From contig NZ_JBALCY010000076.1 in the NCBI RefSeq assembly GCF_036917655.1, positions 105,464 through 169,463 of the forward strand: a stretch of DNA of 64,000 nt, given 5' to 3'. The position numbers and the translations under genes were made by a program. This DNA comes from Nostoc sp. Its GTDB lineage: Bacteria; Cyanobacteriota; Cyanobacteriia; Cyanobacteriales; Nostocaceae. The notes under the pieces were generated by a model. It was not told where the DNA came from and did no database searches. It saw only the letters and a list, made by a program, of their open reading frames with translations. Positions 1 to 10,477 of the stretch are shown here, one piece after another. Every line of letters starts with the position of its first letter. Positions within the stretch are counted from its first letter, which is position 1.

Positions 1-117
1 AGAGAATGCTGACTGTTGCTGTGATCGCTTTGCTCGCAGCAAGCATCGCAAATTACCACTAAATTACTAGGTCATAAACAGAGAAATGCCCAAGTTGAGA
101 AGGCGAACAATCGCTAA

Positions 118-885
118 TTAGTCTTGTCGGTCAATCGGCAGTAAGGCTGGCTTCTTCTGCTTAAGGCTTAAGTAAATAACCAGGCTTACGATTATAGAGA
201 GAAAAAGCATACTGGTTCCGACCGTACCAAAACCGAAGCCTCCATTTATAGGAGATTGAGATAGTAAATCACCCATAGATGCTCCAAGCGGACGAGTCAA
301 GATGTAAGCTAACCAGAATGCCAAAACTGCATTCATGCGGAAGTAATAATAAGCGATCGCTATAATTGCAATTGAAGCGCCAAATATTAGTGCAGATTGT
401 GCATAACCCAGTCCCAAAGACTCTGCTAATAGGTCTCCTGTTGCAGTGCCCAAGGCAAACGTAAACAAAACAGCCACCCAATAAAAAAGCTCTCTTTTAG
501 CTGTATTTATGGAGTGCATGGCTAATGTCTTTTCGTTGGAATACCAGAGCGCAAAAACTACCAGCAAGGAAATACTAAAAATTACAGTAGTTGTCACCAA
601 ACTAACTCCAAGTTCGTCTACCAATCTATCAGTGATCAGTGTGCCAACGATACTTATCAAAACGACTACAAACCAAAAACTTGCTGGAACATAGTGTTTA
701 AGCTTAAATTGATTCAACAGCGCAATCAGTAACACGCCGCTCATAATGTAGGATGTAACGCCTAAACCAAGGTGCAGGGTTGCTGATAAAAAATCTGCTG
801 CGGTTTCACCTACCGTAGTTGCCAGAACCTTAATAATCCAGAAGTAAATTGTAACCTCTGGAACCCTGTTTAACATCTTATTCAT
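118..885 (-). CDS. Polytopic membrane protein, COG4705-like uncharacterised membrane-anchored family
   Basis: 255-aa ORF. The N-terminal motif VPEVTIYFWIIKVLATTVGETAADFL is typical of this family, and there are multiple hydrophobic helices. Overlapping ORFs are short and look spurious. Confidence 0.6.
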   Translation of the reverse strand: MNKMLNRVPEVTIYFWIIKVLATTVGETAADFLSATLHLGLGVTSYIMSGVLLIALLNQFKLKHYVPASFWFVVVLISIVGTLITDRLVDELGVSLVTTTVIFSISLLVVFALWYSNEKTLAMHSINTAKRELFYWVAVLFTFALGTATGDLLAESLGLGYAQSALIFGASIAIIAIAYYYFRMNAVLAFWLAYILTRPLGASMGDLLSQSPINGGFGFGTVGTSMLFLSIIVSLVIYLSLKQKKPALLPIDRQD

Positions 886-1050
886 AATCTTTCTCCTTCT
901 TGATTTTTCTGTAGAAGTGAGATTACATCACATCTTAAAGTTAGCTGCGTTGTCAGAAATTACTGAGTGATTGTACTTTACACAGCAAAAGTCAAGAAAT
1001 AGTCAAGATTTGATTTAAAACGGAATTTTCTCAGAATATAGGCACTAAAA

Positions 1051-1160
1051 ATATAGCGGTTCTCAGTTGAGTGAAGTACAAGAACCCCACCCCCAACCCC
1101 CTCCCCGCAAGCGAGGGAGAGGGCTATGATGTACTTCATGTCATTAGGAAATGCTATAGC
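1051..1160. mobile_element. MITE-like element, family A, copy 1 (imperfect terminal inverted repeats atatagcggttctc / gaaatgctatag; core ccccacccccaaccccctccccgc)
   Basis: About 110 bp, highly similar to 10368..10477. Intergenic, with an internal G/C-run hairpin. Confidence 0.6.
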
Positions 1161-1293
1161 TGAAATATCTACTTAAAAGTTAATTTCACCATTTGATATT
1201 TAATTTATTGAACTCAAACTAATCTTGACTATTTCTTGACTTTTATTACCTACCATGAAAATACAAACTCAGACTTGAAGGGATTTTACAAGT

Positions 1294-1788
1294 ATGAAAA
1301 CTTCAACAAAAATCATTTTTGCAGCAGCTTTTGTTGGTACTTTGGGATTTGCTGGATTGTCGAGGGTTGTGTCTGCAAAACAACCACAATCTTTCGTAGG
1401 AATTGCGCGTCAGGATCATAGCGCTACCCAAGTTGCTGAAGCTAGTGATGGTGACGGTGAAACCGAAGGCGATGCACAAGAACAGCAAGAAGCAGCAAAA
1501 CTGCAACCGCTAGCTAAAATTACAGCAAAACAAGCACAGCAAGCAGCTGAAACATCTGTGGGAGGTAAAGCCAAAAGTATCAAACTCGAAAACGAAGATG
1601 GCAACTTAATTTATGCTGTAGAAATTGGTCAGCAAGAAGTTACAGTAGATGGTGGTAATGGCAAAGTTCTCTATGTTGAAAATGCCAATCAACAAGATGA
1701 GAAGGATGAAGCCACTCACCCCAAGAGTAGTATTCAAGTTAAAGAAAGTAGTGATGGCGATCGCGAAACCAATGATGATGGCAAATAA
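1294..1788 (+). CDS. Secreted PepSY-domain protein
   Basis: Signal peptide MKTSTKIIFAAAFVGTLGFAGLSRVVSA. The C-terminal segment GGKAKSIKLENEDGNLIYAVEIGQQEVTVDGGNGKVLYVE is PepSY-like. It lies next to a two-component system. Confidence 0.7.
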   Translation: MKTSTKIIFAAAFVGTLGFAGLSRVVSAKQPQSFVGIARQDHSATQVAEASDGDGETEGDAQEQQEAAKLQPLAKITAKQAQQAAETSVGGKAKSIKLENEDGNLIYAVEIGQQEVTVDGGNGKVLYVENANQQDEKDEATHPKSSIQVKESSDGDRETNDDGK

Positions 1789-1811
1789 CCAGGAAACTTA
1801 AAATCACATTG

Positions 1812-3044
1812 TCAAGAAGTTGATAAACGCACAGTAAAACAACTACCAACTCCTAATTGACTTGTAATACTAATTAATCCACCATGATTTTGAGCAATGG
1901 CTTGAGCGATCGCTAGCCCTAAACCAGAACCACCTGACCAATAAGAACGAGACTGATCTGCTCGCCAAAAACGCTCAAAAACCTTGTCGATATACTCTGG
2001 TGCAATTCCCACGCCCGTATCTTGCACACTTACATAGACATGGGAACCGACACGACTAGTTTTAATTTCAACTACGCCTCCTGATGGTGTATAGTAAAGT
2101 GCATTTTCAACTAAATTAGTAAACAGTCGGGTTAATTGAACTGAATCACCTATTAGCTGAAGATTTGCAATTAATTGAAATTTTAAGTTAATTTGCTTGG
2201 CTTCAGCTTGAGGTTTATACAGTTGTATTAGGTTCTCTAATATTGACGTTAAATTGAGACTATCCTTATTCTGAGTCGGAACTTTATCGGTACGTGCCAA
2301 GAACAGTAAGTCTTCTGTGAGGCGAGTCATTTGGTTAGTAGCGCTAGCGATCGCCTGAAACTTTTCTGCATCTTTTGGCCCGATTTCTTCTGGATATTCT
2401 AACGGCAACTCAGCATTAATTTTGATTGCCATTAACGGACTGCGTAGTTCGTGGGAAGCATCAGCAGTAAACTGTTTGAGCCTTTCAAAACTCTCTTCAA
2501 TGGGTTGCATTGCTTGACGAGTTAGTAAAATTCCGCCAATACTACTAAGAACCAAAGTTATAATAATCCCGCCGCCTAATCCCCAGTCCAGTTTTTGGAG
2601 GGTTTCATCAAATTCTTCTAAAGATTGACTCACCCTCACATAGCCAACTAGCTTACCATTATCGCTCTTGATAATTGGTACAGTCACTGCTCGAATAGGA
2701 ATTTTGCCAATCTGAACTTGTACTATTTTGTTTGGTAACAAGGGTAAAGTTAAAACAGTTTGTCCTTGTTGGCTAATCAAATTTCCCTGAGTATCAAACC
2801 ACTGTAATGCTTGATGATAAGCAATTAAGTCTTGTGGACGAAAGTCACTTTCAATCGTCAGGCGACCTTTTTCAAACTCTACATTTGCAGCCGCACCTTT
2901 CCCTATGGCTGTGAGTTTATCTGTGATTTGTTCAGTCAGACTGCGAGTGAAAGCAAATCGGACTGCGATCGCAAATATTCCCAGCAGTGATGCAAACACC
3001 ACTAAGTAAGACAACAATAAACGATATCTGATTCTTTGAAACAC
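1812..3044 (-). CDS. Sensor histidine kinase (two TM helices, HAMP, HisKA, HATPase_c)
   Basis: H-box FTADASHELRSPL, a G-box-like GGSGLGLAIAQAIAQNHGG, and N-terminal and mid-protein TM segments. Confidence 0.9.
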   Translation of the reverse strand: MFQRIRYRLLLSYLVVFASLLGIFAIAVRFAFTRSLTEQITDKLTAIGKGAAANVEFEKGRLTIESDFRPQDLIAYHQALQWFDTQGNLISQQGQTVLTLPLLPNKIVQVQIGKIPIRAVTVPIIKSDNGKLVGYVRVSQSLEEFDETLQKLDWGLGGGIIITLVLSSIGGILLTRQAMQPIEESFERLKQFTADASHELRSPLMAIKINAELPLEYPEEIGPKDAEKFQAIASATNQMTRLTEDLLFLARTDKVPTQNKDSLNLTSILENLIQLYKPQAEAKQINLKFQLIANLQLIGDSVQLTRLFTNLVENALYYTPSGGVVEIKTSRVGSHVYVSVQDTGVGIAPEYIDKVFERFWRADQSRSYWSGGSGLGLAIAQAIAQNHGGLISITSQLGVGSCFTVRLSTS

Positions 3045-3097
3045 ATTATTTTCTACTATTAAATTGTTAATTATTAAATTAAAAATTGACTAACATT

Positions 3098-3231
3098 CAA
3101 TACGCTTGGGTTAAGGCTAATTGTAGGTTGGGTTGAGGGACGAAACCCAACAAAGTACCGAAAATGTTGGGTTTCGTCCCTCAACCCAACCTACGCAGGT
3201 TTTGGTTTTTGACTTTAACCCAAGCGTATTG
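3098..3231. repeat. Long nested inverted repeat (MITE-like hairpin element)
   Basis: The outer arm caatacgcttgggttaa pairs with ttaacccaagcgtattg. The inner arm aggttgggttgagggacgaaacccaac pairs with gttgggtttcgtccctcaacccaacct. A related half-site occurs at about 32866..32892. Confidence 0.7.
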
Positions 3232-3297
3232 AGTTTTATGGCTCTTTCTAAATACCCGTTACAAAACTGAGTTACAAATTACGAATTACGAATTATT

Positions 3298-3972
3298 CTA
3301 CTTGTGTCCTAAACGATAACCAATGCCATAGATATTTTCAATTAATTCCTCTGAACTTCCAGATGCTCTAAGTTTATTCCGCAAATTTGTAATATGAGTT
3401 TTAATACTTCCTTCTCCCGAAGATTTATCAAAGTCCCACAGTTTATTAAGAATTACAGAACGAGTCACAACTTGATTTGGGTTTATCAAAAAATATTCTA
3501 ATATCAGATATTCTTTAGGAGTTAATGATATTATATTTCCTTTATAAGTAACTTCTTGAGTTGCTGGGTCTAGTTGCAAATCACCGTGGATTAAAATCTG
3601 GGGACGAATATCTGGAGTTCTTCGAGCTAAAGCCCTGATGCGTGCTGCTAACTCTTTTAAGTCAAATGGCTTAACCAAGTAATCATCAGCACCAGCATCG
3701 AGTCCGATAATTTTATCGCCTGTTGTATCTCGTGCCGTCAGCATTAAAATCAGAAGATTAGATGAAGCATCGCGTAAACGCTTACATAGAGTAATTCCAT
3801 CTAATTTAGGAAGCATTAAATCTAATAAAATTAGCTCATATAATCCTGATTGCGACCATTGCCAAGCTTCTAACCCATCGGTTGTTATATCCACAATATG
3901 GTGTTGTCGTCTTAAAAACTCGGCTAATGGCTTCGCAATGCGATCATCATCTTCAACTATCAAAATTCTCAT
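3298..3972 (-). CDS. OmpR-family response regulator (receiver plus winged-helix DNA-binding domain)
   Basis: MRILIVEDDD..., phospho-acceptor context LILLDLMLPKLDG, KPF motif, and C-terminal trans_reg_C-like YGIGYRL. It sits directly upstream of the kinase on the same strand. Confidence 0.9.
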   Translation of the reverse strand: MRILIVEDDDRIAKPLAEFLRRQHHIVDITTDGLEAWQWSQSGLYELILLDLMLPKLDGITLCKRLRDASSNLLILMLTARDTTGDKIIGLDAGADDYLVKPFDLKELAARIRALARRTPDIRPQILIHGDLQLDPATQEVTYKGNIISLTPKEYLILEYFLINPNQVVTRSVILNKLWDFDKSSGEGSIKTHITNLRNKLRASGSSEELIENIYGIGYRLGHK

Positions 3973-4060
3973 AATGCTCCACCTCTAAATTATCCACAGA
4001 GTAAAGAGATTAAAGAGGAATTTTTCACCAAAATTTTTACCCACCTTGAAAGCGCTACTC

Positions 4061-5203
4061 TTAAATCCTAACTTTTTGATAAAGAGTATCCCGTTGTTGG
4101 TAAGGTCTTTCTAAAGAAGCGATCGCAGCTTGCAAAGTTTCCACTTCCATACACGTACCACCCAAAGCACCTGCCATTGTGGTAATATGTTCTTCCATTA
4201 ATGTGCCACCGATATCGTTGCAACCCCAAACTAAGGCTTCCGTTGCACCAGCAAGCCCCAGTTTTACCCAACTCTGCTGATGGTTGGGAATCCAATTACC
4301 TAAGTAAATCCGCGCCACAGCCCCTAGCAGCAGTGCATCGTTTAAAATTGGTTGATCGCGTCCGACACGACGACGTAAGGATTTGGGCGCTTCTTGTCCA
4401 ACGAATGGTAATAAAATAAACTCTGTGATCTTTGCTGGGTATCCCTGATTGATGGCGGTTTTTTGGAGCGATCGCAATTTTTCTAAATGTCCAATTTGCT
4501 GCTCGTGGGTTTCAATATGCCCAGATAACATCGTGCTAGTGGTATGCAAGCCTAATTTGTGAGCGGTGCTGACAATTTCTAGCCAAGTCGCTGTGTCAAT
4601 CTTCTCTGGACACAATATCCGCCTAACTTCATCGTCTAACACTTCAGCTGCTGTTCCCGGCATTGAGCCAACACCAGCATCGCGCAAAGCAATAATTACA
4701 TCAGCATATTCAAGTCCGTCAAGTCTGGCGATAAATTCCACTTCCTGGGGAGAGAAAGCATGTAAATGTATCTGAGGAAATTCCTGTTTGATGGTTTCCA
4801 CTACCTTGAGATAGTAGGGCAAAGATTTGCCATTTATCTGCGCTTGTGGATTTAATCCCCCCTGCATACAAATTTCCGTCGCACCCCGTTGCACCGCATC
4901 TGTCGCTTTTTCCAAAATTTGCGCCGAATCTAACCAGTATGCACCGACATCACCATTATCTCGACGGAAAGCACAAAAACTACAGTGCTGCTCACAAATA
5001 TTAGTAAAGTTGATATTACGATTAATTACATAAGTAACCGTATCCCCGGCTTGAGTGTGGCGGAGTGTGTCGGATGTAACACGTATTGCTGCGATCGCCT
5101 CTGGCTCAGTTTGTTGTAACAATACCACTCCCTCTTCGGGAGATAAGTCATATCCCATCAAGGCACGGTCAAGAATTTTTTCAACAGCAATTTTTGTCAG
5201 CAT
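4061..5203 (-). CDS. cofH: Radical-SAM enzyme, most likely FO (7,8-didemethyl-8-hydroxy-5-deazariboflavin) synthase subunit CofH
   Basis: CxxxCxxC cluster motif in [19 protein letters not shown]. The 380-aa size and overall layout match the CofH/MqnC-type family. Cyanobacteria use the men pathway rather than the mqn pathway, which favours CofH. Confidence 0.65.
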   Translation of the reverse strand: MLTKIAVEKILDRALMGYDLSPEEGVVLLQQTEPEAIAAIRVTSDTLRHTQAGDTVTYVINRNINFTNICEQHCSFCAFRRDNGDVGAYWLDSAQILEKATDAVQRGATEICMQGGLNPQAQINGKSLPYYLKVVETIKQEFPQIHLHAFSPQEVEFIARLDGLEYADVIIALRDAGVGSMPGTAAEVLDDEVRRILCPEKIDTATWLEIVSTAHKLGLHTTSTMLSGHIETHEQQIGHLEKLRSLQKTAINQGYPAKITEFILLPFVGQEAPKSLRRRVGRDQPILNDALLLGAVARIYLGNWIPNHQQSWVKLGLAGATEALVWGCNDIGGTLMEEHITTMAGALGGTCMEVETLQAAIASLERPYQQRDTLYQKVRI

Positions 5204-5259
5204 TACTTTCTTAATTTCTCAGTAAATTTTAATTTTATGATCTTGGAAATTATAAAATT

Positions 5260-7206
5260 CTACTTAATAAATACACCAAGTTCTGGAGAATCCCATGAGC
5301 GAACATAAATTTTACCTTGAAAATTAATCTCTTGAGATTTTTTTTGTTTACTTTTTTTAGTTTCCATTGAAATAATCCCACAAGGCTGAAAATCTTTATA
5401 GGAATCCTCTTTTTCTAAAATCGCCGAAATATTAGTCACATTAATATGTTGAATTTTAACTATTTTTTGATTATTTTGCTGCAAAAGTACCCACAATGGG
5501 TATTCCCAAGGATCATTTCCCATTGATAGACCAATATTCGAGCATTTTTTTGAATTTAAAAACTCAACTGCTCCTGTATAAGTAGTTTTTAGGTATGGTC
5601 TATTACTGAAATACTGCTCGATTCTACTGGCTTGGAATATATTGTTGCTATCAATAATAGGTCTATACCTGTTAAAAAATACCCAAGGTAATGATGAAAC
5701 AAGCAAAAGCATGACTATAATAATTGCAATTTTTCGCTTTTTAAGCTTAGATAACACAACACCTACAAATGGAGAAATTAGTACAAAAAAAGGCAAATGC
5801 AGACGACTATTCCAAGCTTGCCATTTTACCAAGTAGCAAAATATCAAAAATGTAGAGACGGTAGTAATCAAATAATCAAAAATATAACTTTTTTTCCGAA
5901 TAGATTTTCGAGTTATAAAAATAGTAATGCATATCATTATAAGTGCTAGATGTACTAAATTACCCGCACTATTTTCATTACCAGGTATCCCGATTGTTGA
6001 CCAACCTCCTGGGACAAAGAATGTTTTTGAGAAAGTTATCCGAGGGTCATTTACATCCACACCAATAAATATATGGATAATTTTAATTAATTTATTTGCT
6101 ATTCCATTCCATAAACCAATCGGTGTGCCTATATGCAAAGCAATATTTCTCAGAATATTAGAAACAAGTATATTAATACCGAATACTTCATTGCTATACC
6201 CAGATGGCTCTCCTAGTGGCGAAGCGAATAAATTATAATTGCGTAAATAGTGACCAGCATTAATCAATAAAGATATACTTCCTACTATCAAAGCTGGCTT
6301 CCATGCTTGCCAGCGTAAACGTTTAATCTGGGATAAAGCAAACCAAATTAAAAAGGGAAATACATAAAAATAAGCACTTCCCTTGCTCAAAATAGCTAGT
6401 CCTGTGCTACTACCAATATTAAATGAATTCGTCAAAATCTCGCTTTTTTCTGCTTGTAACGTTGATAGCAAGTAGTAAGCAAGACAAACTACCCAAAATG
6501 CAATTACATAATCATTTTGAGTGCTTGATGCTTGCAAGATTCCCATAGGAATTGTTGCAGTGACAACAGCAGAGAAAACCTGACCTCGTAAATCTGCTCC
6601 GAGTTGTTTGGCAATTAATGATACTCCAATAATGCAGCCAATCATACTCAACCATTGAACTAAGTTAGCGAAGTAGTCACCACCACTCAAAATTTGAAAA
6701 TGCAAAATCACGAACTCTGACCAAGGGTTTTGATATAGTTGTGGAGTATAACTTGTGGGATAATGGGCAACGCTATGATTTTGTATCCAATAAGCAACAC
6801 GACTCATGTGATAGTCCATAGAATCCCAGTTATTGGGTGGTGCGATGATGGCAATTAATCCAACTGTCGCTACAACGAAACCTACGCCACATAACAATAA
6901 ATTTATGGAGGATATGATTTTAAAATTTTTATTTACTTGAGAAGAGTGATTTTGCTCTAAAGTCTTAGTTTTTTGGGAATTTAGCCGAAAGTATATATAA
7001 ATTAATATGATCCATGTCAATCCCCAAGTTCCTAATATCCAGCCAAAAGTAATTAGTTTGAAAAGACTCAAAAATTCGGTGATTCCAGTCAGTAAAATTC
7101 CCCAGTAAGTAGATGCTAATATCAGCGATTCACGCCAATCGGTACGATTTTTATTAATTAACAAAAAAATAGCAATTAAAGAAATGAGAGGCAAAATTAT
7201 AAACAT
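5260..7206 (-). CDS. Large polytopic membrane protein, ArnT/PMT (GT39/GT83)-like glycosyltransferase
   Basis: 648 aa with more than 10 hydrophobic helices in the N-terminal 500 aa, plus a soluble C-terminal domain. This architecture is typical of undecaprenyl/dolichyl-phosphate-sugar transferases. No catalytic motif was verified. Confidence 0.5.
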   Translation of the reverse strand: MFIILPLISLIAIFLLINKNRTDWRESLILASTYWGILLTGITEFLSLFKLITFGWILGTWGLTWIILIYIYFRLNSQKTKTLEQNHSSQVNKNFKIISSINLLLCGVGFVVATVGLIAIIAPPNNWDSMDYHMSRVAYWIQNHSVAHYPTSYTPQLYQNPWSEFVILHFQILSGGDYFANLVQWLSMIGCIIGVSLIAKQLGADLRGQVFSAVVTATIPMGILQASSTQNDYVIAFWVVCLAYYLLSTLQAEKSEILTNSFNIGSSTGLAILSKGSAYFYVFPFLIWFALSQIKRLRWQAWKPALIVGSISLLINAGHYLRNYNLFASPLGEPSGYSNEVFGINILVSNILRNIALHIGTPIGLWNGIANKLIKIIHIFIGVDVNDPRITFSKTFFVPGGWSTIGIPGNENSAGNLVHLALIMICITIFITRKSIRKKSYIFDYLITTVSTFLIFCYLVKWQAWNSRLHLPFFVLISPFVGVVLSKLKKRKIAIIIVMLLLVSSLPWVFFNRYRPIIDSNNIFQASRIEQYFSNRPYLKTTYTGAVEFLNSKKCSNIGLSMGNDPWEYPLWVLLQQNNQKIVKIQHINVTNISAILEKEDSYKDFQPCGIISMETKKSKQKKSQEINFQGKIYVRSWDSPELGVFIK

Positions 7207-7305
7207 AATACTAGTTGTTATTCTGGATATTTAAAAACTAGAATCATCAAAATCACTAAACCATAGTGTACTACAAGCGCACGGCGTACTGCCAAATTGA
7301 TGAAA

Positions 7306-7467
7306 CTAAGTAAGTAAATCGGCGCTAATATTTCAAGCTATGTTAAGGAATTTAAATGCAGGGTGTGTTGTCGCCAATTCAAGGTGCGTTAGCCTACGGC
7401 ATAACACACCCTACGGACAATTTATATTTCTTCATATACATTGAATTTTTCTCGCCGATTTACTTAG
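7306..7467. mobile_element. MITE-like element with 19-bp terminal inverted repeats (ctaagtaagtaaatcggcg / cgccgatttacttag)
   Basis: The terminal repeats are inverted copies of each other. An internal hairpin pairs gggtgtgtt with aacacaccc. The element is intergenic. Confidence 0.5.
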
Positions 7468-7830
7468 CTCTTGACGAAGTACTTATTTTTGACCTCGCAT
7501 AATTAATTTCAGTAGACCGAAAAGTTCTGCGTTAGCGTACCTCTACGGGGAAGCAAGCTACGCATAGCGTCTCGTAGAGAAGGTATCGCTCTGTGATGGA
7601 TAGCTGTAAACCCAATTATTGTCCACAAAACCGTATTCTAAAATACATTTTTTAGAGAGATTATTGAGAAATTTAAGATAAGTAAAACTAATAAATTAGT
7701 CAAAAAGGTAAGGGTAACTCTCGCACCATCCGTGAGTAGCAAGTGACAGAACTAGTCACACTTACAACATAAGATTGCAATGCCTCTGTCATTTAGATAG
7801 GTTTTACTAAACCTTACGTCAATGTTAATA

Positions 7831-7958
7831 TAGGTAATATTCATGAATGAAAACGAAACAGCTGGCTCAGTATGCTAGTACGGCTCATACAGAGTCTTAT
7901 TCATCTGTTTTCAGTGATTTACTGTTCACTGCTAACTATAGAAGTCAGAATGCCTACC
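7831..7958 (+). promoter_or_regulatory. Candidate cobalamin (B12) riboswitch upstream of the cbtB-like gene (tentative)
   Basis: The B12-box-like gaagtcagaatgcctacc lies 40 nt before the ATG. It is preceded by gttcactgc (compare GCCACTG) and acggctcatacagag. The rest is AT-rich and fits the consensus poorly. Confidence 0.3.
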
Positions 7959-7997
7959 GAATCAATCATTAATATCGTTTTATCTGCGAGGTACAAA

Positions 7998-8189
7998 ATG
8001 ACAGTTCAATCTTCTAGTTCGATTCAGCAACAAGTCACCCGTCAAGTGCTATCAGTACCTGTACAATCAGCGCTCTATATTGCACTATGTTCTTTGACTC
8101 TGTGGACAATTTATTTCACTACATACCCCGCTATCCATGATACGACTCATACTCTGCGTCACCACACACTGATGGTGAGTTGCCATTAG
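7998..8189 (+). CDS. cbtB: CbtB-like small membrane protein (putative cobalt transporter subunit)
   Basis: 63 aa counted from the internal ATG. One TM helix is followed by a His/Cys tail, IHDTTHTLRHHTLMVSCH, which fits the CbtB pattern HD..H..RH......CH. Confidence 0.55.
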   Translation: MTVQSSSSIQQQVTRQVLSVPVQSALYIALCSLTLWTIYFTTYPAIHDTTHTLRHHTLMVSCH

Positions 8190-8227
8190 TTGATTGAGTC
8201 AATGATTAGCAGGAGTGAAGAAATCAA

Positions 8228-9445
8228 ATGACAAAACTGAAGTGGTCTAAGCTGATCGGTGCGATTTGCATGATCGGAATTATCCTATATGGTTGGATCG
8301 GACTTGCCCAATCTCCTCAACCATCGGTGCGGCTAACAACTAATCCACCGATTAATCAGGTTCGACCCCTTGAGGCTGAAGCCACCACAGTGTTGGGATC
8401 GGGACACTACAATCCGCCAGTGCAGCTGATGCTACAAGCGGTAGATGCTCAAGGGCAATCTTTAAAGGATGCCAAAATCCACTTGCAATTGTTCACCCGT
8501 CCTAAAAACCCCTGGTTCACAACAGATTTTCCGATCGTCGAGGGAACAAAGTTGCTGGACATTGAGGGCAATGCACCAACAGGTCAGTTACAAGTTCAAC
8601 AAACCCTGCCGATCCGGGGAACGTATCAACTCCTGGTAACAGTTACTCCGCTCGTTGCCAATGCATTTGAGCCGATTCAGCAAAAGCTGACGCTGACGCT
8701 GCCGGAAAATCCCTTAAAGTTCCGCTACTTTGGCATCCTGGTTGTGATTTTGCTGGCAGTTGGGCTACTAGGAGGTTGGGTGATTGGGGGTAGACAACCG
8801 ATTCAACCGGGAGAAATTGCCCCGCAACAGGTGCGATTATTGTTGAGTGGATTGATTGTACTAGCGATCGCTGCACTCCTGTTCGTCAACATCAGCGCTG
8901 AACTTGCCGAATCGCATATGTCAATGTCGATGCCAGGTATGGGAGAAGAAGTTCCGCCCTCTAGTAAGCCCGCTAAATTGCAGTCTCAAGGACTTTATAT
9001 GCAACTATCGGGTGATCAGAGTGCAACGGTGGGTCAACCTGCCAAGTTGCAGGTTAGCGTCAGTGATCCCAAAACTAGCCAACCCGTGACAGATGTAGTG
9101 TTGAAGGTAACAACCACCCAACTCGAAAATAATTGGGTGGCGTTTGCTTATGAGGGGACTCCAGACAGCAACGGAAAATTGACGTGGGAGCAGGAATTCT
9201 TTGACGGTGCCCCCCATAGCGTTGTTGTCGAAGTTGCGCCGCTTGCAAACGCAAAAGAGCGATTTCAACCATTCCAAGTTGCAGAGAATATTCCAGTCAA
9301 AGGTGTCGCTCCGCCGATGTCTGTCCGATTGATTTCGCTGACTTACTTTACGGGAATTGTGGTAATTGGTTTGCTGCTGGGACTGTGGCTACGACAGAGG
9401 CAGACTCCGCGTACTGACTTGACTTGGAAGCGTAGTGTTTCGTAA
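8228..9445 (+). CDS. Membrane protein with two beta-rich extracytoplasmic domains, each followed by a TM helix, and a Met-rich linker (function unknown, possibly metal-related)
   Basis: 405 aa with an N-terminal signal/anchor, TM helices at about 165-190, 205-225 and 375-395, and the motif HMSMSMPGMGEE. It sits between the cbtB-like and DUF1636-like genes. It does not look like canonical CbtA. Confidence 0.55.
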   Translation: MTKLKWSKLIGAICMIGIILYGWIGLAQSPQPSVRLTTNPPINQVRPLEAEATTVLGSGHYNPPVQLMLQAVDAQGQSLKDAKIHLQLFTRPKNPWFTTDFPIVEGTKLLDIEGNAPTGQLQVQQTLPIRGTYQLLVTVTPLVANAFEPIQQKLTLTLPENPLKFRYFGILVVILLAVGLLGGWVIGGRQPIQPGEIAPQQVRLLLSGLIVLAIAALLFVNISAELAESHMSMSMPGMGEEVPPSSKPAKLQSQGLYMQLSGDQSATVGQPAKLQVSVSDPKTSQPVTDVVLKVTTTQLENNWVAFAYEGTPDSNGKLTWEQEFFDGAPHSVVVEVAPLANAKERFQPFQVAENIPVKGVAPPMSVRLISLTYFTGIVVIGLLLGLWLRQRQTPRTDLTWKRSVS

Positions 9446-9620
9446 GTCAATGTCAACCAGCCCTATTGCTGTGTCACTCAGTTGTAAATTCATTTGCCCT
9501 TAGTTTGTTCGCCCAATGACCAGACAGGCTGATTGCCTAAAATCCATGTCGGATACCATTGAGTATTCGACATGGATTTTTATAGACACAGCATCAGAAA
9601 TTGAACCCTGCAATTTATCT

Positions 9621-10022
9621 ATGAATCATCAACACATTATATTCGTCTGCACAATCTGTGGAAGTAATCATCAGACAAAACAGTATGTAGCTAAAAGCGA
9701 CGGTGAACTGCTGCTAGAGAAATTACAAACCCTATATCATGACTGGGTGTTGCAAGACGAGTTCTCGATTCAACCGGTTAAATGCATGGGTGTTTGTGAT
9801 CTAGCTTGTGCAATTGCTTTCGTCTGTTCTAACAAACACACCTACTTATTTGGCGATCTGCCTGCTGATGCTGAACGTGTAGAGAAGACAGCAACTGCCG
9901 TACTTGAGTGTGCTAGTCAGTATCACGCCAAGCCGGATGGTTTGCTCCCCTATGCCGAGCGCCCGGAACTGCTCAGAGCCGGAGCGATCGCCCGGATTCC
10001 ACCTCTGCCGCCGTGTGAATAG
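9621..10022 (+). CDS. DUF1636-like predicted metal-binding protein (thioredoxin-like ferredoxin fold)
   Basis: The Cys pattern FVCTICG ... VKCMGVCDLACAIAF is typical of DUF1636 proteins, which are found in cobalamin/cobalt clusters. The internal ATG at 9621 is preferred over the ORF-track start at 9516. Confidence 0.55.
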   Translation: MNHQHIIFVCTICGSNHQTKQYVAKSDGELLLEKLQTLYHDWVLQDEFSIQPVKCMGVCDLACAIAFVCSNKHTYLFGDLPADAERVEKTATAVLECASQYHAKPDGLLPYAERPELLRAGAIARIPPLPPCE

Positions 10023-10367
10023 ACATTTTAATAAGTTCCCTAAACACTTATGTAAGTACTTGTTGCTTTCATAAGTAATGGCGTTCATTACCATTTAGAA
10101 AAATATGAGGACTTGAATTCTTTGGAGTTAGATATAAATAAAGGACTTCAAAACCGATTGCCAGATGGCATCAGACAAAGACAACACAAAATTGCTATAG
10201 ACTTTAACTTAATTCCTGATGAACAAAATTAATTAAAAATTCAAAATACTCATTTTGCTAAGTATCGAAAATTTATTGAAATGCGATGTATTTTTATCTC
10301 TAAGCTAATTAAATATCTTACACCTTACCAATAGTTTATTGCTGGTATTTAGTTCCTAAATACTATG

Positions 10368-10477
10368 ATATAGCGGTTCTCGGCCCTTGTGAGGTACAAG
10401 AACCCCACCCCCAACCCCCTCCCCGCTCTTCGATAGGGGGCTATGATGTACCTCATCTGATTTGGAAACGCTATATG
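10368..10477. mobile_element. MITE-like element, family A, copy 2
   Basis: Matches 1051..1160 (atatagcggttctc ... gtacaagaaccccacccccaaccccctccccgc ... ggctatgatgtac ... gaaacgctatat). Confidence 0.6.

Noticed and set aside
1-117. Possible 3' end of a + strand gene (frame reading ...ENADCCCDRFARSKHRKLPLNY*)
   Set aside because: It is too short and is cut by the window edge, so no call can be supported.
4068-5033. Several 68-75-aa ORFs inside or antisense to cofH, and similar nested ORFs inside speA, acs, the DUF255 gene and the PQQ-propeller gene
   Set aside because: Each is fully contained in a much longer ORF that has clear family motifs.
7872-7997. N-terminal extension of the cbtB-like ORF (105-aa version)
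   Set aside because: The extension overlaps the candidate leader/riboswitch region and has odd composition. The conserved TM helix plus His-tail protein starts at the ATG at 7998.
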